Shown here: positions 1 through 14,364 of the stretch, piece by piece
How positions within the stretch are numbered: the first letter of the stretch is position 1
How the letters are laid out: each line of letters opens with the position of its first letter
Assembly (NCBI RefSeq): GCF_009914755.1
Contig: NC_060941.1
DNA length: 64,000 nt
From: the human T2T-CHM13v2.0 reference genome, Homo sapiens
Reading direction: 5' to 3' (one strand)
Translations under genes and position numbers: made by a program
Notes under the pieces: generated by a model
The model's input: only the letters and a program-made list of their open reading frames with translations
The model's database searches: none
Told to the model about the DNA's origin: nothing

Positions 1-309
<309 letters not shown>

Positions 310-807
310 TAAGTAATCACCTAAATTGACATTCAGCCAGAGTGACACCACTATACAGATAACACGCTCATTTCCTTGTGAGGTGTTACCCATGGCTGCC
401 TAGTCTCCTTATGCACCTTCATCTGAATCTACAGGTGCACCTGCTGCTTCTTTTACTCTGAAAATAAGAACTAGAGGAGTCATCACGTTGCTATTTGGTG
501 TTGTGTGTCTTTGAATTCCAAGCTCATTCCATTCCTCTGCTATAGCCATTCCTCCTCTCCAGGTCACTGGTAACATTTATTTTTCAGCGACATCGTTCCA
601 GCCTTTATCCAGGGTCTATTAAGGGTATAGTTTTGTAAGCACATTGCAAATTACCCTTGCAAGCAGAGTAGGTCTCTGGGCTTGAGAAGCCTGTGGGTAA
701 GTCAGTCCAAGTATGCTTATCTGAGATAAGGATGTCCCCATTCGTTCAGTATGCAACCTGAGGTCACCTCTCCTCTGCTCCCCATGAGCATTTTATGCAT
801 ATATAAA

Positions 808-1160
808 TAATACCGCTGCAGCCATAAAAAGGAATGAGATCATGTCCTTTGCAGGAACATGGATGGAGCTGGAAGCCTTTATCCTTAAACTAACGCAGGA
901 GCAGAAAACCAAACACCACATGTTCTTACTTATAAGTAGGAGCTGAACGATGAGAACACATGGACAAAATGGGGGGAAACAACACACCCTTGGGCCTGGT
1001 CGGAGAGGGAGAGCATCAGGAAGATTAGCTAATGGATGCTGGGCTTGATACCAAGGTGATGGGTTGATCTCTGCAGCAAACCACCATGGCACCCGTTTAC
1101 CTAGTTAACAAATCTGCACATCCTGTACTTGCACCCTGGAACTTAAAATCAAAGTTGAAG
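808..1160 (+). mobile_element. LINE-1 3' end fragment (older L1P type)
   Basis: gcagccataaaaaggaatgagatcatgtcctttgcagg...aacttaaaat, typical L1 ORF2-end/3' UTR sequence. Confidence 0.85.
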
Positions 1161-1174
1161 GGGATGGAAATGGC

Positions 1175-1425
1175 AGATCACGCCTATAATCTCAGCACTT
1201 TGGGAGGCTGAGGAGGGCGGATCGCTTCAGGTCAGGAGTCCAAGACCAGCCTGGCCAACATGGTGAAACCCCATCTCTACTAAAAATACAAAAATTAGCT
1301 GGGTATGGTGGTGGGCTCCTGTAATCCCAGCTACTCGGGAGGCTGAGGCACGAGAATCACTTGACCCACTGCACTCCAGCCTGGGCGACAGACTGACATT
1401 CCATCTCAAAAAACAAAAAAAAACA
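1175..1425 (+). mobile_element. Alu with internal right-arm deletion
   Basis: Alu motifs; gagaatcacttgaccc is joined directly to actgcactccagc; A tail. Confidence 0.88.
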
Positions 1426-1599
1426 GTTGAAGGAAAAATAAATAATTAATAAATGAAACCCCAGGTGAGCTAAGACTAGAAAGACAAACCTACTGCAGGA
1501 AACAACCAGAAGAACGAAAAGTCCAACTGGAGCCTGGTAGAGACTCGGGTTGATGCACTTTGGGTCACACACACGTTCCTGTAACTGGCCCCACACTGA

Positions 1600-1881
<282 letters not shown>

Positions 1882-2392
1882 TAGGCCCTGCTGGGTGGGC
1901 CCAAGCCAATCTCCTACCCAGGTCACTCTGGGGACAACCTCTGCTTCCCTGTCCCAGTACCTGCCCGCCCCTTCTCCTCTGTCACTCTGCCCCTCCTTCT
2001 GTGTTACTGTCTCTGTCCGGAACACCTGCCTTGGTCTCCCAGACTCCTCAGCTGCCCCTTTCTCTTCATCCCTCAGTTTCCATCCTGGTAAGGAGGGCAT
2101 ATTGTTCTAGAAAGAGCCCAGGCTCAAGAACCAAACTGAATCCAGTTCAAATTCCCAGCTCTGCCATTCATCATCTGTGGGATCTTAGACAAGCAACTTC
2201 ACCTCTCTCAGCCTTGGTTTCTTCATCTGTAGAATGGTCATTGCCTGCCCCCCATGGGTGGTTGTGTGGTTCAGTGAGGAGACAGATATCAGAGGTCACA
2301 CAGTGGCCCCCCTGGGCCCACACCAGGGTCTGTTTGACCTCTGTGTTTTAACAACTTTGAATGTGTTGCCAACATCTAAAAGGTCAGGAGAG

Positions 2393-2545
2393 TCAGGTAT
2401 GGTGGTGGAGGTCTGCAGTCCTGGCTACTCAAGAGGCTGAGGTGGGAGAATTGCTTGAGCCCAGGAATTAGAGTTCTGTCTGGGCAAAACAGCAAGACCC
2501 TGTCTCCAAAAAACTTTGTTTAAATAATAAAATAAAATAAATAAA
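2393..2545 (+). mobile_element. Alu monomer (FLAM-like)
   Basis: gaggctgaggtgggagaattgcttgagcccagga...gcaagaccctgtctc plus (AAAAT)n tail. Confidence 0.7.
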
Positions 2546-2991
2546 ACTAAATAAGGTCAGGAGATACCAATACCATGTGAAAAATGGGAAGATTAGGGTA
2601 TGCTGGGCCCACATTCCCACAGGGCACCAGCAGCTGGGTGGGAGCTGCTGTTACCCTTTTGGCATTCGAGGCTGCTCCCTGAGATCAGCGAAGCACACAG
2701 TAGGCCCTCAGCAAATCTGGGCTTCTCGCCCTTTGGTCCTCATCTCTCATTCCCTCCTTCCCTGACTCTCTCCCCTGCGGGTGGTAGGGGAGGGAAGAGC
2801 TGGAGGGAGACCGCACCCCTGCACTGCTCACCAGAGCCTGGCTCTTTCCCATCCCATCTTGGCAGGGCCCTAACCCCCTTGCCTCATCGCCCTGCCTGCC
2901 TGGTCTCTCCCTCTTGCCCCTGCCTCTGCCTTTCGGCTTCTCCTTGGCTCTATTAATGCTTCTCCTCACTGCCCGGTGCCTTTTGTTTTAA

Positions 2992-3414
<423 letters not shown>

Positions 3415-4783
3415 TGACCTTCTTATAAGCAAATGTGATCACACCCTCTCCCTGCTTAAAAATCTTCACAGCCCCCAGCCCTTCAAATAAAGCCCAAATT
3501 CTCCAGCAGGGTATATGAATTCCTCCCCAGTCTGCCCCAATCCACGTCCCTGCCTCACCCCCAACCCACGAAGCTCACGCAGCCTCTGCAGCTCACTCAA
3601 GGCCCTCTTGGGCCACCATGCTTTTGCATATGCTGTCCCTGGTCCCGGAAGCACCCTCTGCCAGCCTGCCTCGAGCACATGCCTAATTGCCCTTCCATGC
3701 TCTGCCTAAGTGCCGCTCCTCTGGGAGTCCTCCCCGCCTGGAATATTGTTGGACGCTCCCCTGGTGTCCCCACAGAGTCTGTATGTATCTGTGCCATGCC
3801 AGTTCACAGCACCCCATTGTAACTGTATTTGCGTGTCTGTCCCCGTTACTCCACCCCCATGTCCCTATGCCCATGAGGCCCCAGAGGGCCAGGACTGTGG
3901 CTTGTTCATTTGCACTGTGCCTGGCACTCAGTAGGGACTCAGTGAATGAATGTGGAATGTGGTTCACACAGCCAGGGAGAATGGGATACCAGCCAGGGCA
4001 AGAACAGTCTACTGGGTGGGGCAGGATCCAGGACAAGGAGGTGAGCAGCCCTTCCTCCGGCCACTCAAGTAGTGGGGACTGGGAGGAGGGGCGCTTTGTC
4101 TACGCAGTCTTCTTATGGCTCATCACCGTACAGACAGGGCACCTGCCTCCTGCCACGCTGACTTCAGGACTGGTCGAGCCCCAGGGAACATTTGCAGGGC
4201 AGCCCAACTTTGGCCCTGGCCCTGGCGCTGGCCCTGGCTCTGGGGAGGATAGAAAGTGTGCTGGATACAGTCAGACAGAACTGGCTGCCACTTTGGATTT
4301 GATCCCTTCCACCTTGGCAAGCTTGGGCAAGTTGCTTAATCTTTCTGAGCCTCGTTGCCTCACTAGGGACACAGGAGCTGAGGCTGCTTCCCTTGTTGGA
4401 AAGCACTGAAGCCCAGGAATCGACCCACAATAGGCCTTCAACAAATACCACTTCTCACCTTATGGGTGAAATATGGCACTGGAAGTAATGCTCTTCGCTG
4501 TGGGAGCTACAGAAAGCAATGAGGTCTCTATCAAACCCAGTCTCCTCTCTCTCGAGAGGAACCAGTGGGGATACCCTACCCCCCAACCCCAAAGCCCTGT
4601 ACACCTGGGGGTAAAAATCTGGGTGCCACGGGCTCAGGAAGGCTTGCTTGGGAGCAAGAGGGAGGTGGGTGTGTCCGGGGAGGCATTTCTGAGCACAAGA
4701 GCCTCCCTGGAGTTTTGCCACCATCTCCTCCCATTCTGTGGTGCCCGCGATAACCACCATTCTGACTCTCCTCACCCCTCCAG

Positions 4784-4819
4784 CCTCCCGGCGTGTGGCC
4801 TGCCAACCCGGCTCCCATT
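4784..4819 (+). CDS. LGALS9: galectin-9 exon 6 (PPGVWPANPAPI)
   Basis: tccag|CCT ... ATT|gtaag; 36 bp. Confidence 0.94.
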
Positions 4820-5232
4820 GTAAGTCTCTTGCTTTCTTTTTGGATCGTCCTCATTTTGGCTTTTCTGGGCTCATGGAGGAGGCAGGGCCAGGCATTGGGC
4901 CTCTCCCATTGGGAGTGGGGAGGGCACAGACCAGACCCTTGACCATCTGCCCGGCCTGGTGAGGTTGGGGGTTGGATGTGGGGGTTGGATGAAACAACCT
5001 GAGTTGCCACCCCGTGGGCAGCCACGGAAGACCATGCCCCACATTCACTTCTGTCACCTGCAAAGGGAGGCTAGGCTGAGAGACGTTTCCCCGAGAGGAA
5101 AGATGGGCCAGAGCCACCAGCGTCCCCATCTGTCTTCTCCAGGGTTCTAACCTTTGCCCCTCGCTCATCCCCTTGAGAGAAGAGACACCTGGGCCCACCC
5201 TCTGTGGGGTCTGTGGGGCCATTGGGCTTGTT

Positions 5233-5274
5233 ACGCCCCCTGGAGGGTGCCTGCCGTGTGGCGCCCTCTGGTGG
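5233..5274 (-). promoter_or_regulatory. Tandem CTCF-like motifs in LGALS9 intron 6
   Basis: Reverse strand CCACCAGAGGGCGC (5261-5274) and CCTCCAGGGGGCGT (5233-5246); motif match only. Confidence 0.5.
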
Positions 5275-5330
5275 GAGCTGGTGGTTTTCACACGTGAGAG
5301 CCTGGGTGAGACCTGGTTTCTTTCTTCCAG

Positions 5331-5381
5331 ACCCAGACAGTCATCCACACAGTGCAGAGCGCCCCTGGACAGATGTTCTCT
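5331..5381 (+). CDS. LGALS9: galectin-9 exon 7 (TQTVIHTVQSAPGQMFS)
   Basis: tccag|ACC ... TCT|gtaag; 51 bp. Confidence 0.94.
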
Positions 5382-6016
5382 GTAAGTCTACAAGTTCTGG
5401 TCAGTTCACAGCTGCACAGTGTCCTCCTTCACCAAAAACTAAACTCCCTAGAGCCCTAGAGTCGGGAAGAAAGCGGTTTAGCAAGGAGGATGGGGACACT
5501 AGGGGCTGAGTGCTTGGCTCAGGTGACATGTGGCTAAAGCTGTCCTTGGGACAGCAGAGATTCTGGAAGAAGCAGGGTTTATCCAGTGGTGGAAGAGACA
5601 AGTCCCCTAGAGACCGGGAGGGAAACTGGTCCATCTGTCACCAAGTGGGGAGTACAGTGGCCCCAGCACCCGGATGTGAGGTTCCTGGCCCTGCATCCTG
5701 GGTCCCCAGGATGTCACTATTGATCACAGGCTTAAGCTCTTCTCCTGATGGTGCAAATGAGGCAGGGGGGCTTAGAATTAGTGGGGCTGCCTGCGGAGGG
5801 GTTGAGGGGCAGGTGACCGTGGTGTGGTCTGGGAACACGGCAGGAAGTTCCAGGAAGGCTAACATGAAAAGGGAGGTAGACGGGCGAGTCCAAGGGCCAA
5901 AGGCTCACGAGGTCAGCCTCACAGTGGAGTCCTCTCTAGAACGCGTGGGTGCGCCTGGGTGAGTGCTCGCGCACCCATGTGCTCTCCCATTGAATTTCCT
6001 GGTTTCTTTTCAACAG

Positions 6017-6058
6017 ACTCCCGCCATCCCACCTATGATGTACCCCCACCCCGCCTAT
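6017..6058 (+). CDS. LGALS9: galectin-9 exon 8 (TPAIPPMMYPHPAY)
   Basis: aacag|ACT ... TAT|gtaag; 42 bp. Confidence 0.94.
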
Positions 6059-6424
6059 GTAAGTGGTTTCTCAGGGAGGGCAGAGGTTCTGTTTGTGGTG
6101 GGCAGGCTGGGGGTGAAGGGCCGCTGTGGGGGGATCCACTGGCCTTGAAAAATTAAAAGCAGTCATTTGTTAAGCTGAAGGGCTTCAAAGCATCCCAGCG
6201 AATTAGAAGGCTGTGGAGAGGAGCTTTCAACCTTAAAACTGTCGTGTCAATATGAGCACATTGCATGTCCCTCCCTTTTCACCCCACGAAACGAGTCTTT
6301 TTGTGTTTGGCCAAAGTTCCTTTCATGACACTAATCTAAGCCCATTAATTTGAGGAGCACTGGAAAGTTTTCCTTTGGCTTTTATGGAACCAAGTAAAGA
6401 TATCATGGGCTTCTTCTCAGCTGA

Positions 6425-6589
<165 letters not shown>

Positions 6590-6713
6590 TAAGCCAAGGG
6601 CTCCAGTGACCTCTGGGAAGAGAGAGCCCTTCAAGGTCAGTCCAGCCATTCCCCTGGCTTCAGGAAGGCTACTGATGATGGGGAGGAAATGGGACTCAGA
6701 ATTCGGTGGATAA

Positions 6714-6971
<258 letters not shown>

Positions 6972-7477
6972 TGAGGTACCTTGAACAGTATGGGGGCTGA
7001 TTCCTCTGGGATGAAGGCCCAAAAGAAGAGAAGGTGGCCAACAAATTATTATTATTATTACTGTCCCGCATGAAGGAAGTGCTGGGATCTGCTTTTTCAG
7101 ATGAGGAAACAAACTCACAAGTGCAGGTTACTTGCTTGTGGTCACACAGTCAGTAAGTGTCAAATCAGACCCAAGAAGGAGGTGTTATTCATTTCTTCAT
7201 TTACTCAACAACCATTTTCTTGTCGCCTGCTTTGCGCAGGAAGCACCCCACATGCTGGGGGCACAGTCATGAAGCACACAGACAGGGTCCTGCCTCCAGG
7301 GAGTTTATAATTTAGGTGGGGAAAGAACAAGGAAAGTAAAGCATGGACAGATTGTCACAGATAACGACAGTGCCACGCACAAAGCAAAACAGAGCGATGA
7401 GATAGAGCGAGCCTGGGAGGGGCAGCTAGGGCCAACGTGCAGAGGCACGGGTGTGGCCTGTCCAGGAACAGCAGGCA

Positions 7478-7642
7478 GGCGTGCTCCACCCTGACTACAT
7501 ATTCAAATCACCCAGAGAGCTTACAAAGGAAATATCAGTGCTGGGACCCCAGCCCAGGCCAATGAGGCAGTCAGCTGGGCATTCGTATTTTAAAAATATG
7601 CCTTAAGTGATTATACTCTGCAGTCAGAGTTGAAAATGACTG
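7478..7642. mobile_element. MER5A-like hAT DNA transposon relic
   Basis: Degenerate aatcacc...cccagcccaggccaat...ggcattcgtattttaaaa...gcagtcagagttgaaaatgactg pattern. Confidence 0.5.
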
Positions 7643-8110
7643 ATGTAGGGCTTTGCAGCCATGGAAAGGAGCTTGGATTTTAACACAGTGAAAAGCCTCA
7701 GGAGTGTTTCAAGCCAGGGAGCAACATACTTTGATTTGTAGACAGCTGTGTGACCTCGGACAAGTGACTTAATTATTCTGTGCTTCAGTTTCCTCATCTA
7801 CAAAATGGAGCTAATAATCATGAATTTCCTAGAGTTGTAAGAATGGAATGAGACAGTATCTGTAGTATGCTTAGGACAGTGCCTGGCAGGTGGCATGTGT
7901 GATAGGAGTGTTAGCTATTGCAAAGGGAAGGAGGTTTTAACATTTGTACCCTGACTGCTTCGTGGAGAAGGCATTGGGGTGGAAAAGACAAGTTAGGAGA
8001 CTGATGCTGCAGGAGCCCAGGCCCAGAGCACTCCTGTGTGCTGGGCCTGAGGGATACAGACGGCACAGGCCAGTGCTCCTGTCCCTGATGGGGTGGGAAC
8101 AGTATTCTAG

Positions 8111-8452
<342 letters not shown>

Positions 8453-8996
8453 GCGGCTTCCTGGCCCTGGGGCCGGGGGCTGGGGTGTGGGGCAGTCTGG
8501 GTCCTCTCATCATCCCCACTTCCCAGGCCCAGCCTTTCCAACCCTGCCTGGGATCTGGGCTTTAATGCAGAGGCCATGTCCTTGTCTGGTCCTGCTTCTG
8601 GCTACAGCCACCCTGGAACGGAGAAGGCAGCTGACGGGGATTGCCTTCCTCAGCCGCAGCAGCACCTGGGGCTCCAGCTGCTGGAATCCTACCATCCCAG
8701 GAGGCAGGCACAGCCAGGGAGAGGGGAGGAGTGGGCAGTGAAGATGAAGCCCCATGCTCAGTCCCCTCCCATCCCCCACGCAGCTCCACCCCAGTCCCAA
8801 GCCACCAGCTGTCTGCTCCTGGTGGGAGGTGGCCTCCTCAGCCCCTCCTCTCTGACCTTTAACCTCACTCTCACCTTGCACCGTGCACCAACCCTTCACC
8901 CCTCCTGGAAAGCAGGCCTGATGGCTTCCCACTGGCCTCCACCACCTGACCAGAGTGTTCTCTTCAGAGGACTGGCTCCTTTCCCAGTGTCCTTAA

Positions 8997-9002
8997 AATA
9001 AA
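8997..9002 (+). terminator. LGALS9 polyadenylation signal
   Basis: AATAAA about 545 bp after the stop, followed by GT-rich sequence. Confidence 0.85.
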
Positions 9003-9776
9003 GAAATGAAAATGCTTGTTGGCACATTCATGTGGGTTGACCATGGCTTCTTTAATTCATTTGGAGACATTTTGGAGTCTGTGGAATCGGGCGGGGGTGC
9101 TGCTGAGAGGAGTGGGATGGGAAAGCATGGACTCCCTTTGGGCAGGGGGTCCTGACCTCACACCTCCTCCCAGAGGGTCTCTTGCAAATCCCACGAGGGT
9201 GTTGGAGAAAGCAGGCTGGGGCTCTAGCCTTTTGGGCAGGAGTCTCGGACACAGGAAGGGTGGTAATGGGGGACACCAGGAAACAGCCCCATGCCTCCGA
9301 GATGGGAGAGGGGCTGGGGCAGAGCCTGTGAGGGCCACAGCAGGGTCAGAGCTGCCTCCTCAGACCTGGCGTCCCAGTGGGAGGAGGTGGCTTGGGGAGG
9401 GGGGTCAGGAGAAGCTGATCCGAAGCACCGTCTGGGTGTGTGTTCCATTGTGGGTCTCCCCGGCATTAGGGGTTAGGGCTTGCGTGGGAAAAGTGGCTCA
9501 GTGTTCATGTGTGGGGTTCTGCCAGCCACTGGGCCACTGCCCAACAGCCCAGCTCCGCGTCCACGTGATGCCAACACATCCTGCTTGGCTCAGCAAGAAT
9601 CCAGTTCCTCAGGCCCCAGTGTAGTCCTCGGAGCTGGCAGCACCAGCAGCAACTGGGAGCTTGTTGGAAACGCGGCATCCCGCGCACCGCCCCCCTGCCC
9701 CGCGACACACACACATACCTACCTGAGAGATCAGAGCCTTCGTTTTCACAACACCCCAGGTGAGACACACACATTA

Positions 9777-10469
<693 letters not shown>

Positions 10470-13400
10470 TCAGACGAGGATGCTGTGGCCCACACTTGCC
10501 TCGACATGTTGCCTTCCCAGGGACCACATCCGTATGAGACAAACTCACATGGGACAGGTGGCCCCAGAGCAAAACGCTAAGACAGTGTCTAAGAAGAAGC
10601 TCAAGGCCTTCCCAGAAGCGCTGGCCTCATGTGAGAATCCCACCCACGCCAGACCCCGTTTCAGATCCTTTGTGAGGGAGGCAGGCCTGTGCCCCCTGCC
10701 CTACCACAGGTCTTTGGACAAGCAACGAAGCTCCATCTTCTGCTGTCACACCTGGCAGCCATTTCAGAGGAGCCATGGCCTGCCTGGGTTGTCCCTCTGT
10801 GGGGGATCTGTCCAGGCTGCGACACCCACCAGCTCCCCACTCTGTATAACTGAGGGCCACATTCCCTACAAAACAGCCCCCAACCCCCCTCCCCCGCCAC
10901 ACACACATACAGTGTGATTAAAGTAAAATGCAATTCATGTAAATATCTCCATCAAGGAATCATACAGGGAAGACCCAAGTGGCCGTTGGGAACAGACTGG
11001 GTGTTAGTTTTTTAAATACAGAGGCATAAATAACTGTACACAAGGCAGTTAAATACACAGTGGTGTGACAGCTCCTCCTGGTGGTCACTTGAAGTGGTGC
11101 ACTCAGCAGCGGGTTCCATCTTTCACCCACTTGCCAGGCCTGGCGTTGAAGATTTCGTCTCCAAGGGACCAGGAAGGCCCCAGCTTGAGAGAGGAGGCTC
11201 TGATCAATCCAGGGTGCTACTTGGTAGGAGGTCAAGTAAAGGGCTTGATGGGGAATGAAGTGAAAAAATAAGATGTGAGGCTGGGGGATATCACTTTCCT
11301 CCATCTCCCCAGGCCCTGTGACCTCGGATAATGCAGAGCTGGCTCCGTGGTTAAGTTCTGTGCCGGCAGCTTTAACCCCTCCTACGGGCCGTCAGAGCGC
11401 TGACATCTCCAGGCTCCTGGGCTGCACTGCCGCCTTGTCTGCTTGTAGGGAAATACAGCACCAAAGATATCTTCGTGATAGCACTTCTGGCTCTTTTAGG
11501 TGGAAACAGAGACCAAAGTGTCAAGTCCAGGCTGGGATGAGCCCCCGGGGTTGCCCAGCTTCCCTATCACATGGACCTCCATGAGCCATCTGTCTTCCCA
11601 ACTGTCATACTAAGATTGTGCTTGAATCTGGTTTAGACTCTAACGGCCCTCAGCACCTGCTCTGGTGCGGGCCCTCTAACCATCTCCAAAGCTTTACTTA
11701 GCATACCCATTTCCTGCCCAGCACTCATCCCCCACCCAAGATACTCCAGGAGGTGTGAGCTCTGAGATAAATATGTTTGGGAAATGCCACATCCTTTCTT
11801 TCCTTCCAGCCTTGAAGGGTCCTGATGAGCAGCAGCATGCTGAAGGCTTCCAGAAGTCTTGTAGTAAAGCAACGTGTTTGCCTTGCCTTAACTAAGCATG
11901 TCCCAGGCTATTCGACCTTGGAACCTTTTTGATGCCAACTGTCTACCGACCCATTCAACGCATTTGGGGAAATGCCTGTTATCTCCTCACTGTTCTTCAA
12001 ACACACCAGCTTAACTCCCACCCCCGGGGCCTTTGTACCTGCTGCCCCTCCAGAACAGCCCAGAGTGTTTCCTTCAGTATCCACAGGGCTCCTCCTCACC
12101 ATCTCAGGTTTATTCTCAGATGCCGCCTTCCAGCTCCGCCTTCCCTGGCCACCCTATTTAAAATTACACTCCCCAGCGTTCTCTGGGCTGTTTCCTGCTG
12201 TTTTTCTCTGAAGCACTACAGCTCTTCCTTGTTTGGGTTTGTCAGCCCCAGTAGAATGTAAAGAATTTTTGCCTGATTCATTTACTGCTCTATCCCTAGC
12301 ACATAGTAGGTGCTCAAAAAATGTTTGGTTGAACGTACGAATGTGTCTTAGGGAGAGTATGGAAGTGACAATCACAGGCTTTGGTACCACAGAGAGGCAG
12401 ACTGAGCTCTAGGCTTTCATATTCACTGCTGTGGTCCCCGTAGGCCCCCTTCCCTCTGCAAAATGGGGTGCCTCCCTCACAAAATCCTCGGCAGCACTGA
12501 ACAAAATGTCACAGCAGAATCTTTGGCAAGTAGTATGCCCAGTGTAAGCCCTTGATAAATATCACTATTATCTTCATCAATAAAATGCAAGCCCTTCCTG
12601 CTGGGGGGATGAGGGTGAGCAGACGCCAGCCTGGGTGTAAATAAGAAGTGTGAGGTTCACACGAGGCTGACAAGGGGCAGCCTTGCTCTCCCCTGTGTTC
12701 ACAGCCTTGCTTTGGCCACACAGATACTTTCTGAAAGGGGGGTTTGGGGAGAGGCCAGGGAGACTCTCCTGCCCCCATTCTACAGATGGAAAAATGGAAC
12801 ACATTCCCCCGACTTCTCAAAGCTGCCAACTGGTCCAGGATGTGCAGTAGGGCCTTCTGACAGCCCACCCAGCTCAGATCTCAGCCACTGCTAAGATTCT
12901 CTTGGGGCCCAGAACTTTTCTGGGCCTGACTCCCCTGGGTCTACCTGCCACCCCTGGTCCTGGCTCCAACGGCCTGTGCCCTTGGCCGGCACCTTCAGCC
13001 CACACACCCACTACTATACCTTGAGCTGAAAGAAATAGTCCTCGACCTGCTCCTCATTCAATTTCAGCTTGGCAGCCACCAGCTGCTTCAGGGTGTGGGC
13101 CACATCCCAGGCCATGCGCATATCCCAGCAAACATAGAGGTGGCCTGGCTCCTCGTGGAGTACACGGAGCACCTTGCTGGCCAGCTGCTGCTGCAGGATG
13201 TCCTGAACATCGACCTGAAACCAGAGGAAGTGGTGGGTTCAGTCCCCAGCTGCTGGGGACAAGGCTTGCAGGCAGGCCTGCTGTCCTCAGGGAAGTGGGG
13301 AGAGGGCACTAAGGGGTGAGGAGTGAGTCCCCTCCCAGCCAGGACCTTGCATGGGGCCAGGCTTAGGATGAGGCGCACAGATGCCCCTGGGGCTGGGCTG

Positions 13401-14350
13401 GGATTAGAGAGATAAATGCTGGACACAGTCCTGCCCTCGAGGGGCTGACCATCCAGTGGGGATCCCAGACTGTCTCTGAATTTGCCATGCCTCAAAGAAG
13501 CATCAGTGAAGCCAGTCCCCCTGCCCAGGGCTCTGTCTATACTCTGGAAAAGGTAGCCTCTCAATGCAGACTGTCCATCAGGTCCCTGCAGGGTACGGAT
13601 CCCGGGCTTCGCAGTTAGAAGGTCCAGGAGTCAGTCGGGGACTCTCTGCTCCTGCTCCACACAGGATGCCCAGTGGCCCCAGCACTGGGCACAGAGCACT
13701 GGACCCGAGAGGTGCCCTGATGGGACAAATGTGTGAGGACCGAGAGTCTGTTCTGACACCTCCGGCTCAGGAGACAACGCGGCCCTGGGGGCAGCAGAGC
13801 CTGTCTGAGGGCCGTGGTGGAAGCGTTGGCCGCCCTCCAGTCTTGCTGGGCTTGACACAGCCAGCCTGGATCACCTCTCCCTGGGCAGTCGCATGTCCCA
13901 GGGGTCCTGCTGGGGACCTTCAGCAGGCTAAGCTCTGGGCTTAACCCGCGTGTGACCTAGGTTAGTCCTGAACCTCTCCGGGCCTGTCGCTTATGCTGTA
14001 TGAGAGGGTGTAACGCTCTTCATAGCATCACTCTGATGGTTGTGAACTACCTGCATTTTAGAGCTCAAGAGCTGAAGTCTCAGGGAGGCGAGGGGCCCGT
14101 GGGGACCCAGGGCTCATACTGAAGCCTGTGTGTGTAATGGCTTCACCAGCTTTTAGGCTGCATTTACCTTAGCTTGCCAGGCAGGAGGGAATAGGCGTGT
14201 GCACCGCATGCAGCACCCGCTTCCGGGTCATCTCTAGCATCTCCTCCCGGTAGGTGGCGGTCCTCATCTGGGCGGCGGCACCAGAAGACCAGGGTCCTGC
14301 GGCCTTCCAGCACTACTGCCGGGAGTCCCGGGCTGTTGTTATCATGTTGG

Positions 14351-14364
14351 CCACCAGAGGGCGC
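14351..14364 (+). promoter_or_regulatory. CTCF consensus motif
   Basis: tggCCACCAGAGGGCGCa, near-perfect core; motif only. Confidence 0.55.

Noticed and set aside
3687-4409. 240-aa ORF in LGALS9 intron 5
   Set aside because: Opposite-strand intronic frame with no recognisable homology.
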